A stretch of DNA of 64,000 nt from the human T2T-CHM13v2.0 reference genome, Homo sapiens. Each line of letters starts with the position of its first letter. The stretch's first letter is position 1. The stretch lies in assembly GCF_009914755.1 (NCBI RefSeq), contig NC_060929.1; one strand, written 5' to 3'. The notes below the pieces were generated by a model. The model did no database searches and was not told the origin of the DNA. It saw only the letters and a program-made list of their open reading frames with translations. The position numbers and the translations under genes are program-made. This document shows, piece after piece, positions 1 through 14,365 of the stretch.

Positions 1-868
1 AAGAGAACTATAAAGGGAATTCTATTCTTGTCGTATGATACCGTCCTATTTGATGCCATGTGGTGTGCCACCTGTATTCACTGTGTCTTCCACCTGTGGC
101 ATGCTGGCCTTGTTTTGGGAAAGCATGTTCCCATTGGCTGAGCATTTTCTGTGAGCTGGACCAAGAGAAGATGGAAGGGAGTGATTGGATCTAATCATTT
201 TTTTCAAACCAAAATTCAACTTGAAGGAAACTAGATGCCTGTTTCCATGCATGGCTCAATTAAATTTTATATATAACAAATATGAGATCAAACTCAAAAT
301 TAAGCATAGAGCTAAAAATCTTACACAATGTTGATGTCTAACAGCATTCAAACATGTTGGCTCTAGGAACTACTGGATATTGTTTACCAGGCTTCCTGGA
401 TAAACTATGGGATATCATTGTACAAGCCACAGCAGGCCTCTCCCTCTTGCAAAACTTTGCCTTGGAGAAGACCGGCTGGAAGTTCTTAGTGCCTTGCCTA
501 CTCCTGGGCAAACCCCAATGGCCATATGAGGCCCCAAAGTTATTTCTTAGCATAATTTTATCCTGGGCTTCTCCTTACTTCTATTTAAAAACACAGAACA
601 ACAGCATGGCTATTACAGTACCAAGATCATCACCATAAAATACTAAAACCCAACTCCATGTGTCAAACAGAATGATCAAAAGATATTTGTGCATTCTTAT
701 TTCAAAGATATTTTATTTCCTAATCTTCTATAATTTGACTCACTAGTATGCTTATTAGCGTATATAAACTTTTGCAAAAATTCAACCAGTATCCTGGCTT
801 TTTTTATAGCATGTACTCTGTCTGCCCAGAAAAAACCCACATTCATGCATTCAAGCCTACTATGTAGT

Positions 869-884
869 ACACACACACACACAC
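869..884. repeat. (CA)n microsatellite
   Basis: acacacacacacacac run. Confidence 0.85.
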
Positions 885-2337
885 AATTAGTTGTTTGTTT
901 TTAAAAAACTGAATTTCAGTAGCAGAGAGGGTAAGGGATCCTAAGTGGCAAATATATAGAAACTGAAAGAAATGCAAATTCAGATTCATGTCAGGAAACA
1001 GATTTTCAAATGGTGATAACATTGTACACAAGACTGTTTAAGAAAATGCACCAGACTCATTGCAAAAAAAAAAAAAAAAGGCTGTTTAAATGTCATCTTG
1101 GGAGGAACACAGTATTAACTGGCAAAGCAGGGTGATAACCTACAGGCCCTCTACATGTTCCAAATATTTAGACTTCTGAGGAAATACATGTTTATTTTAG
1201 AATTAGGAAAGCATACTACTTATCTCTTAAAATTTTCAGGAACCAGCAACTGGTTTAATTATTAGCAGAGTTCCTTGGCCAAACTATTGCTTCCAAAAAA
1301 GGTGATATCCTCACATATTAAACATTCCTTTTTGCAATCCTAAGGCCTGGCACAGTGACTGGCACAAAAACACTGCTAAATGAAAACCATGATGGGTAAA
1401 TTAGTATATAGGTGAGATCTTGCTCTTAAATACAATATAATATGGCCAGAATTTGGAAATGTGAAGAGAGAGTTGATGTGAATGCCAATTGTTTCACCTT
1501 CCTCTAGCAGAGTACCAATGTAACACTCATGATACTTTCTCAAATATTTCCAATAGCATAGCCTACACTTTCTTAGTTGACACAATTGTTTGTTCTAATT
1601 TTCTAAAGGTACATTTTTATGTAAAAGGAAAAGCATAGGCATGAAACAATATTCCACTACACACTTGTGGTTCAGTAATCATTTTGCTGTTTTAGTGAAA
1701 TATCCTCAGAGCAACTGAAAATGCTAAATATAAAGGAATGAAAACAGAAACAAGGATAATAAGCAATTTCTATTTCTACTGAAATCTGAAAATATAGAAT
1801 TTCTGTTTTTAATTTGAAGTCTAGAAATAAAACCAAAATATATCTTTTCTATAGCTGAGTCTAAAAACCAAGTTTTCTTTGTAAAATAAATAGGAAAACT
1901 TTTTTTTTAATAAGGAAAAGCATTATTCTCCAGGTTATACCATTTTAATACATCTGACCCCAATTTTTAGATCTTGGTTTCTGGAACCTGAAGCAACTGG
2001 TTCTCTGCTGATTGCTAATTTGAGGGAGGAAAGTGATCAGGAAGGAGGTAAAATCTAAGTCAGAGCTCGGCCTTCTGGATCTGAGAGGAAATGCATAAAC
2101 CAGGCAAGTGCGGAGCCCACATTAGGAAACTCCCAAGGGGGATGGTGATGTTCTGTAGTTAAAACTTAAAGTCTTCTCAATTAGAGAATTGAGAGATAGC
2201 TTCTCAATTAGAAACACCTCAGTTCTAAGAAGATGCTGTCTTTTATTCCTGAACTTGACTGCATAAAAGCAAATGCTCCCTATTTCTCCAGTTCACAAGC
2301 CTTCTTCAAATGCAAAGCCCGGGTTAAGCACCAAAGA

Positions 2338-2847
<510 letters not shown>

Positions 2848-3289
2848 TGACTTTACCATCTGGTGGGGAAAGTCTATAAGTAAATATGTAACCATTGCAG
2901 TTTGACTGCACACTTTTCCTACTTACTGATTATCTAATATGGCTGTACTATAATTTTATTTTATTTCTGCATGAAAACTTCTTTTCATGAATATATTGAA
3001 ACATAATTGTATAAAATCATACAGAAAAAGAAGAAAAGACATATCTGTTATGAAGTTTTACTTTAAAAAAGAAATCAATTATGAGAAAACAAAAATTACA
3101 CATTACAATTTCTTGACTGAAATAAATGCAAGTGTTTCATTAAATAAAGAGAAAATCAACTCCCCCTACAAACATCCAATTATTCAATTAAACTTTCTTG
3201 GGTAAAGTCAACATCAACCAGTAATGTTGATTTTATACCTATTTCTACCTCCTGTTTTAAAGAATCAGCTATCAAAAGATAAGAGTTTC

Positions 3290-4330
3290 CTACTTATTCC
3301 ATAAATATTTACTGAGCATCAACTATATATTAGGCACTGGGCTGGGTACAGAGGATAGCGAGTTAATGAATGAGGGAAGCCAAACAAGAAACAAGTAAGC
3401 AATGAATTGGTAATAGTTAGAAAACTAAGTGATCAAGATGAAGAACCAGCCTCCAAGATAGCCTACAATGATCCCCATCTCCCAGTATTCATTTCCTTGT
3501 ACAGACCTCTTCCAAGCTAAATAGGACTGACCTGTGTAACCAATAGGATACTGCATAAATGACAGTGCGTGACTTCTGAGGCTAGGTCATAAAAGACATT
3601 GTAGCTCTGCCTTGCTCTCTTGGCTCTTTTGCTCTGAGGGAAGCCAGCTGCCCTGTCATGACGGTATGCATGCAGCCCCATGGAGAGGCCCACATCATGA
3701 GGAACTAACCAAGCACTAACTTGCCTGGTGTTTCAATAGGCCACTTTGGAGGCAGATTCTCCAGCCTTGGTCAGGCCTTCAGATGACTGCAGCCCTGGCT
3801 GATGACTTGACTGCCACCTCATGAGAGACCTTGAGCCAGAACCACCCAGCCAAGCCACTCCTGGATTCCTGATCCACAGAAACTAGGTGAGACAATAAAT
3901 GTTTATTGTTTAAAGCCACTAAGGTTTGGGGTAATTTGCTGTGCTGTAATAGGTAACTAATACAGAAGAGAGGTGGGTGAGAAGGTGAGAACACACCTAC
4001 TTAAACAGGTGGTCAGGAAAGGCTTCTTTGAGAAAAAGACATTTAAGCTGAGAATGGATAAAATGGAGCCAGCTCTGGGGTGGAAGGTGGTGGCAGTGGT
4101 GGTAGGAAGAACAGCATTCCCAAACAAGAAAGCTGAATGGCAGAGGGAAGATCCGGAGTTGTATATGGGACAGTGTGGCCAGAGCAAATTCCTGCAGGGA
4201 AATGGGAAAGATGAGGTCACAGAGGCGGTCTTAGCCATATCAGGTATGACTTCTTGTGAAAAGTTTAAATTATATTCTTAACACATTGGGAATCCTTTCA
4301 TGAATCTTTAGAAGACTAATGCAATTCTCT
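3290..4330 (-). mobile_element. L2 fragments interrupted by an MLT1 LTR
   Basis: aaatatttactgagcatcaactat..aggcactgggctgggtacag matches the L2 3' end; ggtcaggaaaggcttctttgag..atttaagctgaga matches the L2 body. Confidence 0.55.
3443..3964 (+). mobile_element. MLT1 (MLT1F-like) ERVL-MaLR solo LTR
   Basis: cagcctccaagat..aatgatccccatctccc start; aataaatgtttattgtttaaagccactaag..taactaataca end. Confidence 0.75.
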
Positions 4331-4351
4331 CTGTTTCAAAAATCTCACGTG

Positions 4352-4517
4352 GGCCTGGAGCAGTAATGCACAACTGCAGTCTCAGCTACTCAGGAGGCTG
4401 AAGCAGGAGGATCACTCAAGCCCAGGAGTTCTAGGTTGTACTGCACTATGATCATACCTCTGAATAGCCAGTGCACTCCATCCTGGGCACCATATCGAGA
4501 CAATGTCTCTAATAAAT
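4352..4517 (+). mobile_element. FAM (fossil Alu monomer)
   Basis: Monomer with the diagnostic tgaatagcca.tgcactcca segment; TSD aatctcac(g/t)tg on both sides. Confidence 0.75.
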
Positions 4518-5435
4518 AATCTCACTTGGGCTGTAGTGTGGAAAGGACCACTAATGCCTGGCTTACTATCTACTTTTCAGTTATTTAGAGGCTCAGAGAA
4601 GAATGACCAGGAAAGATTTGAAAGTATTAGGAGTTACATAAATATCTAATTGTTACTAGTATTACTCTTGCTATTATTCCAAACTCAGGCCTGGTATGGC
4701 CTCTGCGGTGTTGCAAGGGAGGAAACAAATGGACAGGAGAGAGCAATGAGGATTTTGCTGGTTTCTATAGAACCCCAGAATCCTTTCTGAGGCAGCCTCT
4801 GAACCTCACCAAATCCAATTCCAAATTTAGGAAGGAGTTTCTACTTGCTAGGCAAGTAGAACAACATCAAAATGTTGATGAATAACAAACACAAATGCAT
4901 AGTACAAATATTTACTTTTGGTGTGGGCATGATTTTTAAAAATATATAATTTTTAATTATGCAGATAATATTCACTGTAGAAAAATCCTTGTTTATTACA
5001 CACATAATATTCATTGCAAAAAATTAAGAAATGTAAATGTGCAAAAGAGAAGAAACTACCAATCACCCAAATTACACAAGATAAACATTGTTTTCATGTT
5101 GGTGAGTATCCTTCCAGTATCCCTATGCCCATATGTAAAATATACTGGCTAAACCTAAGATTTTAAAGACTTTTCCTTCTCTATTATAAAAACCATAAAT
5201 TCTGATGTTAGGCAATTTGAAAGACACAGAAAATATAAAGAAGAAAATAGATGGCATGAATAACACTACCTCTATTTCTTTCTGAGAATCTAAAGGTAGC
5301 ACTGGCAATCTATCCAAGCCTGCAGCTGTTACTCTGAGCTGACATTTTCTACAAATATTCATTTCCTTAATTTCAGCCTACCTTTTTACCTCATTAGAAA
5401 AGGAAAATAAAAGTTGAAGACTGTTCACTTTGTAG

Positions 5436-5776
<341 letters not shown>

Positions 5777-6911
5777 TGAGATAAGTTAGAGGGGTGGGAA
5801 GGAAAGGTGTTGTGTGATAACATTGGGAAAGAATTCCCAGTGTTTCCTTCTTACCACAAACTCTAACCAATCCTAACCCTTTGAAAGATATTATAGGGGC
5901 AGCGCTTGAAAAGACAAACTAAATGTTAATGATTCACACAATAAGAGTGCTCAAACTGAATTTTCAACCTCAAAACAAAACCCATCTGGAGAAGTGTACT
6001 AAATTCTGATTGTTTTCATTACTCGGGCTTCTCGCAGCACTTTTTTTTTTTTTTTTTTTACTGACTTAAATCTAACTTTGAAATAGAAATTCTTCTCATG
6101 GACAGTAGCCACTCTTACTTTCATATGGCTTCCTAGACTTCCCTGCAAAGTCTTTTGCTGCTGTTAGGCAATCACGCAGAATCACAAGTGCTGTGGGCTC
6201 AGAGAAACTTCAGTCTCGGTGGTAATCTTGACTACTTTATTGAACAACGGAAACTCATTTGCTAAATGGAAAGTATTGTAGCATATGGTGCCATTCCAAC
6301 CAAGGTTTAATCCATTTGAAAGCAGACTTTCAAGAACATAAACCTATATTTTCCTTCTAAAAAGAGTCACTTTACAGTTGAATTTCACAGAAATTTTAAA
6401 CCCTTGATCCACAGCCAACACTGACATGGTTTTACTCCTCTAATACAACAGTTACCTTTCTGAATTCACTGGAAACATTTTTAGCCAACAAGGTTTAACA
6501 GACACATGATCTTAATGTATCTGAACTCTGGAAAACCAAAAGCTGGGAATCTGGACCATACTGTAAAAAGTAATCTGAGATGCCAGTGAGTGTGGAGTAA
6601 GGGGCAGAGAGGCATTAAGCAAACACACGAATTAGGGTTTTATTTATATCTTTGATTATAAATTAGATGTTTTGTCTAGATTAAAGCCATTAATATGCAC
6701 AGGTATGAAAAATGTGTTTGAATGTGATATGGTCTGAATTTTTCACATTTAAGTATGAATCAAGACAACACAAGAATAATATGGGATACACAGAAGAACC
6801 AAGACAGAACCAAGGCTACCTGGTTAAAGGTTATTTCCGGTTCCACAGCAAAAGAAAAGTTAGGACACATAACATAAATCATTACATACTATTTATGTAT
6901 CATTTGGGTGC

Positions 6912-7258
6912 TGTCTTAGTCCACTTGTGCTACTATAACAAAATACCTGAGACTGGATAATTTATAAAGAACAGAATTTTACTCTCACAGTTCTGGAGGC
7001 TGGGAAGTCCAAGATCAAGGTGCCAAGATCTTCCAGATGGTGCCCTCTTGCTGTATACTCTGGAGAGGCCAAATGCTGTGTCTTCATATAGCAGAAGAGA
7101 TGGAAGGCCAAAAGGCCTAAGCTAGTTCCCTTTAGCTCATTTATAAGGAATCCTCATTACTTTATCACTTACCAAAAGGCCCTACCTCTTAATTAGCACC
7201 ACGATGGGGGTTAAGTTTCAATGCGAATTTTGGAGGGGACATATTCAACCCATAGCAA
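6912..7258 (-). mobile_element. MST/MLT1A-type MaLR solo LTR
   Basis: tgtcttagtcc..ctcacagttctggaggctgggaagtccaagatcaagg..ttttggagggga..ccatagca. Confidence 0.8.
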
Positions 7259-7810
7259 GTGCTATATGAAGTTTATAATGAATTTTCAATAGTTCTCACT
7301 ACACTATATGGATTCAGTCATTCTTAACACTCTCTGTGTTATCTTCATAATCTTCTATGGTAATGAATCTATTCCAGTATTATGTTAAACATAAAATGGC
7401 TGAATTAAGGTAGATTATATTCAACTATTTAGAATCAAGATTCTGTACATGATCCCTTATTTCAGATTCTGTCAATAAGGTCTTTTTCTATAATGAAATA
7501 AAAATTTTATTCCCCTAAAATATCTCTTAAAGAGAGTGCAGCATTTCCTTGCAAGGAATGCTTTTATAATTCACATATGGTAAAAGCATAAGATGCTAAT
7601 GTCATGTTTGGCAACAAAAATGCTTCCTAAATTTCAACATATAATATTAGGAGAGAAATTTGCATCCCTCCAACAAAAAAGAAGGAAGCAGACAAGAGTA
7701 AGTAAGCAGCGGCATTGCTTGGGAGAGGGGTGTGAAGGTACGGAGAAAAGCTTCAGATCTGGGATAAAGGAGGATCTCTAGAGGACAGAAGTATCAAATA
7801 GAAACTCCTA

Positions 7811-8199
<389 letters not shown>

Positions 8200-8378
8200 T
8201 CATCCTCTATGTACTCTTTCCTTACTAAGATATTGCCTACCAATTCTTTTGTGATCATAGATTCATCACTAAGTTCCAAGTCTGGGTTGCAATGAGGAGA
8301 AAACAGAACTGGAATTAACAGAAACGAAAACTGAAGGACAAAGAGCAGCTGACATTTGGGCTTTTTAAGTAATAATTA

Positions 8379-8458
8379 TTAGGTTGGTGCAAAAGCAATC
8401 GTAGTTTTTGCCATTAAAAGTAATGGCAAAAAGCACAATTACTTTTGCACCAACCTAA
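8379..8458. mobile_element. MADE1 (Hsmar1-derived 80-bp MITE)
   Basis: ttaggttggtgcaaaag...cttttgcaccaacctaa, an 80-bp palindrome with 38-bp arms, preceded by TA. Confidence 0.95.
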
Positions 8459-9594
8459 CATTATTATACCTCAGTGTGGAAAATATGAGGAATATTTAGG
8501 AAAAACATTAGGAATACCTAATAGTATTATTCCTCAGTATGAAAAATAAATCTGACACATATAAACATGAAATAAGATGTAACAACTAACAAATGATTAT
8601 TCTTCTCAATACAAGTATAATTGACACCATAATTCACAGATCTACTAATCCTTTTCTGCCTTTGTACCTGGCAACATTCACTTCTTGAGCTAATGTAAAT
8701 GCCAGTCTTATAAATACGACTTACCTCTCCCCTGAGAGAAATAAATGACATAGTAAGTGTTAGATTAGAAAGGAAGAGGTGGAGAGGGTTAGGTTTGAAG
8801 AGGGACTGGCCATCTGAGAATTAAATGAGATGATGCTGGCAAAGCGCTTCTACTGATATCCTACATGTACTAAACACTTAGCAAACGTGACCAGTTATTC
8901 ATAGGAATAATCGTAGGAACACATTAATTCCTTCTGCCTGCTTCTGTCTCTAGGGAAAGGTTTTGCCCTGATCCATGACAGAGACTATTACCTAAAAGAT
9001 ACAAGTGGGACAGGGCTAGGGAAGAGATTATCCCTCTGCCCCAGAAGAATCTACTGAGAAGTTAATGTGGGATCCACCTCTCTTACTACTAATGGTTTTC
9101 CTCTTCACTTTTAAGTCTAGCTGAAAACAACCTCCAGCATTCTCGGCAATTAGGATGAAGTCTCTGGGTTTCAAATGCATCTCTGATAGATGCCTCTAAC
9201 TGCATCAACGTGGCAGATGCATTTCTCTCAGCATTTAATGCTAATCCTCCTTGTTGTCTAAGGATAAATAACTGCACAATCGTGTCAGGAGGCCCCAACA
9301 TAAATTCACCAGGGGTTTTAATTACTCTCCAGTGACAATATCTCATACAAAATCAGAGAAGTGAAAATCCAGTCAGTGTGTGTACATGTGTGTTTATGTC
9401 CCAGGCTATCCCCAGAACAGTCTGGGGATCATCATTTCTGTTCCAATAGAGGAATAAGACCAGGAACCCATGTCCAGTTCAGATGTGTGAGACAGCACTG
9501 CACCCTGTCGAATGGGTCCGAAGAACAAATGATTTCCCAATGACACTGCCTGCAGCATCCCTCCTTCCCTTGGGGGCACATAAATGAGTAGCTA

Positions 9595-9816
9595 CAAACT
9601 CAAGCTGTGGAGTCAAACAAACCTGGGTTCACATCTCAGCCTGCTACATGCTCACTTTTTCATGCCAGGCAACCTCTGTAATCCTCAAATTTCTCACGGG
9701 TAAATGGGGATCATACCTATATATGCAGCATAAAGTTGTGAGGATTAAGCAAGATAATCTACGCAAAACAAGTGACACAATATGTAGTGTACGGTAAATC
9801 CCCAATGAATATTAGC
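9595..9816 (+). mobile_element. MIR
   Basis: tggagtcaaacaaacctgggttc..taaatgggga..gttgtgaggattaa core. Confidence 0.7.
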
Positions 9817-9982
9817 AACACCAAAAGAAATGCAGAGGGAGTTCCTGTCCCTTTGTTGCAGAGGACATGTTGCTATGAGGGTCCAGGTGTTCTTCCTCCC
9901 ACCCAGGCCTCTAGTTGGGTGAATTGGAAGAAGAGCATCTTATCTCCCACCTGGGCCTAAGAGTAAAGATGGTGAATAAACT

Positions 9983-10100
9983 ATATATATACACACACAC
10001 ACACACAGAAACATATATCCACACATACATATATACACACATACATATATACATATATGTATACACACATGCATATATACGTATACACACACATATAAAC
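9983..10100. repeat. (TA)/(CA)/(TACA) compound microsatellite
   Basis: Seen directly. Confidence 0.9.
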
Positions 10101-10571
10101 ACAACTGCTGTAGATCTCACAAATGAAAATGCTAATGTCTGCAAGTTCATTCTATACATAACTTTTATAAATCCAGAAAGCCATACAAACTAGTTTCAGA
10201 GGATTATCTCTTTCAAAGAAACAGTCCAACAACCAAAAGTAATTAATAATAGATACAATTCTTTATTTAAGGTCTCATACTTCATCAAATAATCTACTGG
10301 CATACTTTTTAATGTCCCTTTGCTTTCTCCTCTTGAAATCCATTATACTATCCAACTGCAATGGAACTTCTCTCCTCCCTACCCCATCCACTCACCTCCA
10401 GTCCATCCCTTTAGTGTATATAGATCAGCTTAGCCTCTCCTCCAGAAAGCAGGGCTCCCTTCTACTTAGAAGAGGGGCAGGAGAGGAAAACTGAGTGATC
10501 TAAAACATAACTGTCCTTGGTGATCATGAAGAAGGGGGCAGCAGTGCAGTCATCTAAGTGACTTTTGCCTC

Positions 10572-10939
10572 TGTCAAACTAAATTTGGCCTGAATTACAT
10601 AAGGACAGTTGAGTCCTCATGTAATTAATTGCAGTCTAACTTAGCACATAAACTAACTGAAAGCCTAACTTAGGAGTATAGTTTTGTAACAAATAGCTGA
10701 GTCTCAGTCAATCACAGGCAGCCAGCTGATCAGACCATATTCAAATAAGGCAAATGCCAAGCTGTAATCAATCAAGTTTCTGTACCTGACTTTTGTCCTG
10801 TCCATAAATGCTGCTGCCCATGTAATGGAGCAGAGCTCTCTGAACCGCTTCTGGTTCTGAGAGCTGAGTGATTCCTGAATCATTCTTTGCTCAGTTAAAC
10901 TCTGTGAAATTTAATTTGTCTAAACTTATTCTTTTAATA
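10572..10939 (+). mobile_element. MER57-family ERV1 solo LTR
   Basis: tgtcaaactaaatttggcctga..ttcaaataaggcaaatgccaagctgtaa..ttaaactctgtgaaatttaatttgtctaaa; 4-bp TSD cctc. Confidence 0.8.
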
Positions 10940-12210
10940 CCTCTGCACATACAAAATACAAGAATACATTCCTGTACCTTTTTTCTCCCTCATTCTTAAT
11001 TCATGACTTTATTTTCAAATACAAAGATGCAAAGATAGAAAACCTTACTACCCCAAAGTAGGAAGTATGTTTCCTATCTCTCCTTTGCCTTTTCTTCAAA
11101 AACGCAAAAAGTCATTAAGATGTTAATGCTGAGATAAGTCATTGGAAGAAGGATGGAAAAGAAACTACAAGAAATGATAGACATGGTGCTGCCAAGCAGC
11201 TACTCTGTTTTTATAAAATACTTCAGACATAAATGGCATTTGTATTCTGTGACGAAAACCCCTCTTCCCCTCCCCTACACAAAAGGAAAGGCAAAGAAAT
11301 GCAAAGGAAGTGGTAATTGCCAGGTGTCTAGATATGGGACCACTGCCCTCTAGTGTACTTGAAATTTTTCTAAATCCCTTTATCAGAGATCTTTACCTGA
11401 AAGATAGTAGGAAACAGAATAAAACATGAACCTCTGTTGAACTATCCAATAGAATCATTTTAAAAAATACTGTCAATTATTAGGAGAGTGATATGACGGC
11501 TTCCTACCACCTCACTATCTGTTGGTGCCAACACTTTCTTCAGGTCCTACACATGGACCTGAACAAGGTTTCAGTCCAACAGATTGCCAAAGGGCAGAAG
11601 AAATATTAAAAGTATTTCACAACTAGTGTGGCATACGCACTAGCTAACCAGAACAGATGCCCGGAAGATGCCAGCTGGCAGCAATTCTGCCTCTTCCCTT
11701 TGCAGGGCCAGCATTAACCCCTTAGATGCTGAACTGTGGAGAGGTTCTGGGTTCCTGGCAGAGGGACTAGGTAGCCAAGAGAGTAGGGGGTCTGGGACAA
11801 AAGCATGTCAATATTTCAACGATCTGTACTGTGGTGTTCTGGCTGAACATTCACTCTGCTAAGAGGATTAGAAGACATCAGAAAAATAAGCCAGTACCGC
11901 TGAGCAGAGCAGAAGAGTGACTCAGCGTCCACTAGCAAAGATCTGAAGTAGCTCTTCCTCCCAGCAGCTGTTCCTTCTCTTGCCAATAACCAGGGACATC
12001 CTCTAGACCAGGACAGGGGTATAGTAGTGTTAGTAGCGGATGTCAGGAAATCTACCCTACAGTCTTGGTTCTACTACTTTTGTGTGTCCTTAGGTGGATA
12101 TTTTGATCTGGGCCTCCATATCCCTGTTTTTAAAATAAAAAGGTTAGACTGAAGTTTTTCAAGGATCCTTCTCTCTGTAGGTAGAAATTATTATTTTTTT
12201 CATGATCTGC

Positions 12211-12522
12211 TTTTTTGTTTGTTTTGTTTTGTTTTGTTTTTGAGATGGAGTTTCACTCTATTGCCCAGGCTGGAGTACAGTGGTGCCATCTTGGCTCACT
12301 GCAACCTCTGCCTCCTGGGTTCAAGCGATTCTCCTTGCCTCAGCTTCCCGAGTAGCTTCGAGTACAGGCACCCGCCACCACACCCGGCTAATTTTTGTAT
12401 TATTAGTAGAGACGGGGTTTCACCATGTTAACCAGGCCGGTCTTGAACTCCTGACCTCAGGTGATCCGCCCACCTCGGCCTCCCAAAGTGTGGGATTACA
12501 GGTGTGAGCCACTGCCTCTGAC
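12211..12522 (-). mobile_element. AluS
   Basis: Full dimer with a (TTTTG)n tail; TSD atgatctg. Confidence 0.95.
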
Positions 12523-12779
12523 TATGATCTGGTATTTCCAAGTGAATTCTACATACAAGATCATTCAGCATAATTTTTAATGACAATACCACCTTGAGAA
12601 CTCCTGATGACAACAACGTCATCTTGAGACAGCTCTTAGACTATAAAAAAGTGATCAGTAAATATTTCGAAATCTCCTTGAAAGATCTCATTTCTTTAGA
12701 ATTTTTTTAGTTTCTATTTCCAAATACTACCCCAAATGTAGCCACTTGTAAGTAACTTTCTTTTTTGATGTTTCCTTTA

Positions 12780-12930
12780 TTTTTTGAGACAATGTCTTGC
12801 TATGTTGCCCAGGCTAGGGTGCAGGCATGATCATAGCGCACTGCAGCCTCCAACTTCTGGCCTTAAGCAATCCTCCCACCTCAGCCGCCCAAGCAGTTGG
12901 AACTAGAGGTGTGTGCCACCATCCCTGGCT
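12780..12930 (-). mobile_element. Alu monomer (FAM/FRAM-like)
   Basis: gagacaatgtcttgctatgttgcccaggct..gccaccatccctggct, single arm. Confidence 0.8.
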
Positions 12931-13014
12931 ATAAATAAGTATTTTCCTAAGATTTACTTAATTCTTTGAGTTAACTGGCAAGATAATAAAGGTGATTTAA
13001 AGAAGGATAGAAGA

Positions 13015-13169
13015 GGCCAGGGACAGTGACTTACGCCTATAATCCCAGCACTTTGGGAGTCTGAGGTGGGAAGACTGCTTGAGCCCAAGAGGTCAAGACT
13101 GCAGTAAGCCAGTGCATTCCAGCATGGGTGACAGAATGAGAACCTGTCTCCAAAAAAAAAAAAAAAAAA
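13015..13169 (+). mobile_element. FRAM-like Alu monomer
   Basis: ggccagggacagtg..cagcactttgggag..gactgcagtaagcc..polyA; TSD aagga(a)tagaaga. Confidence 0.8.
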
Positions 13170-14365
13170 GGAATAGAAGAAACTAGTACATATAAATCCA
13201 GTAGAAAAAAATAATGCTGGCATAGGACTGCAAAGTTAGTTACAAAATGGTTGCCGTTTTACTAGGGCCAATAAAATATAACATTTGGGGTTACCTTCCA
13301 TGCTGGGCAAAAGTAGTTTGTATCTCTACCAAACAAAAGTCATCAGTAACTTACCGATCTTCTGCAAATTAACATCCAAATTTTACAGATTCTAGACTTC
13401 AATTAATAGCAAATAGCCAAACAAAGCTACACCTCCTGAAATATCAGCTGATTCTTAGAGGATCTAATACGACTTTGAAAGAGCACCCAGTAATCTTTTT
13501 GCTTTATTTCAACATTTCTGAAAACTCTTCTTAAGAATTTTCAAATCCCTTGACCCTGAAACATCAAGGTAGCAGATCTCAATAAGAGGGAGAATAATAA
13601 GGACTGTGGGAACTGAAAAGTGTAAAAACAAACAAAAAAACTCCTCGGTATTTTATGGTTGATATGAAAAAAGGGGGAAACAAACCAAAAACTAATGTGA
13701 AACACAAGAAGCTGATCAAGTGGTTAAACCAAAAAGAAGACCTCTGTCTCTCTCACCACTACTACACCAACTCTTATTCACACACCTTTTAAAGATGTTT
13801 CTGTATTGGATGAAACGTGTGTATGTGCAGTATTCTCCAAAGTAACCAATAATGTTGTATCAAGTTTCAGTTAATAACGACTATATTAATAATTTTGATC
13901 ATATAGCAAATGAGCATGATAATACACAGTTTTAATTCGATTTTCAATTCACAGGTGTTAAACCAGCCTAAAGTAAAAAGGCTGCTTGGAGTTTTTGACT
14001 GTTGGATACACAGAGGAGCAAAACTTGCTATGTCAGTTTTTTAATTCGCATGATTTTATTTGCACAACTCATGACTTTTTTTCTCCTTTAAAAATGTAAA
14101 TTACTTTTGCAAAAAAGCATTAAACACAAAATTAAGTCTTAAAATGGGCAAAGTTGAAGCCAAGTCATCCAAAGGAAAAGACAGCCTTGAGCAGCAGGGT
14201 GCAGAATACAGACATTACCATCTTCATCTGCATAGAAATGAGTCTGACTGTGTTTACAGCTTCATCATTTGAAATGTTACAGAAAAACTCATGAAACAGT
14301 GCACTTCCCCACAGATAGCTGGTATGTTAGATAACTAAATGCACAAAAACAAAATGTCTTTGCTT

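Noticed and set aside
46-252. Minus-strand ORF as the terminal exon of the host gene
   Set aside because: No convincing acceptor or protein recognition, and the window edge limits context.
8379-8458. Palindrome as a terminator or CRISPR repeat
   Set aside because: Single copy with no spacers in eukaryotic DNA; explained by MADE1.
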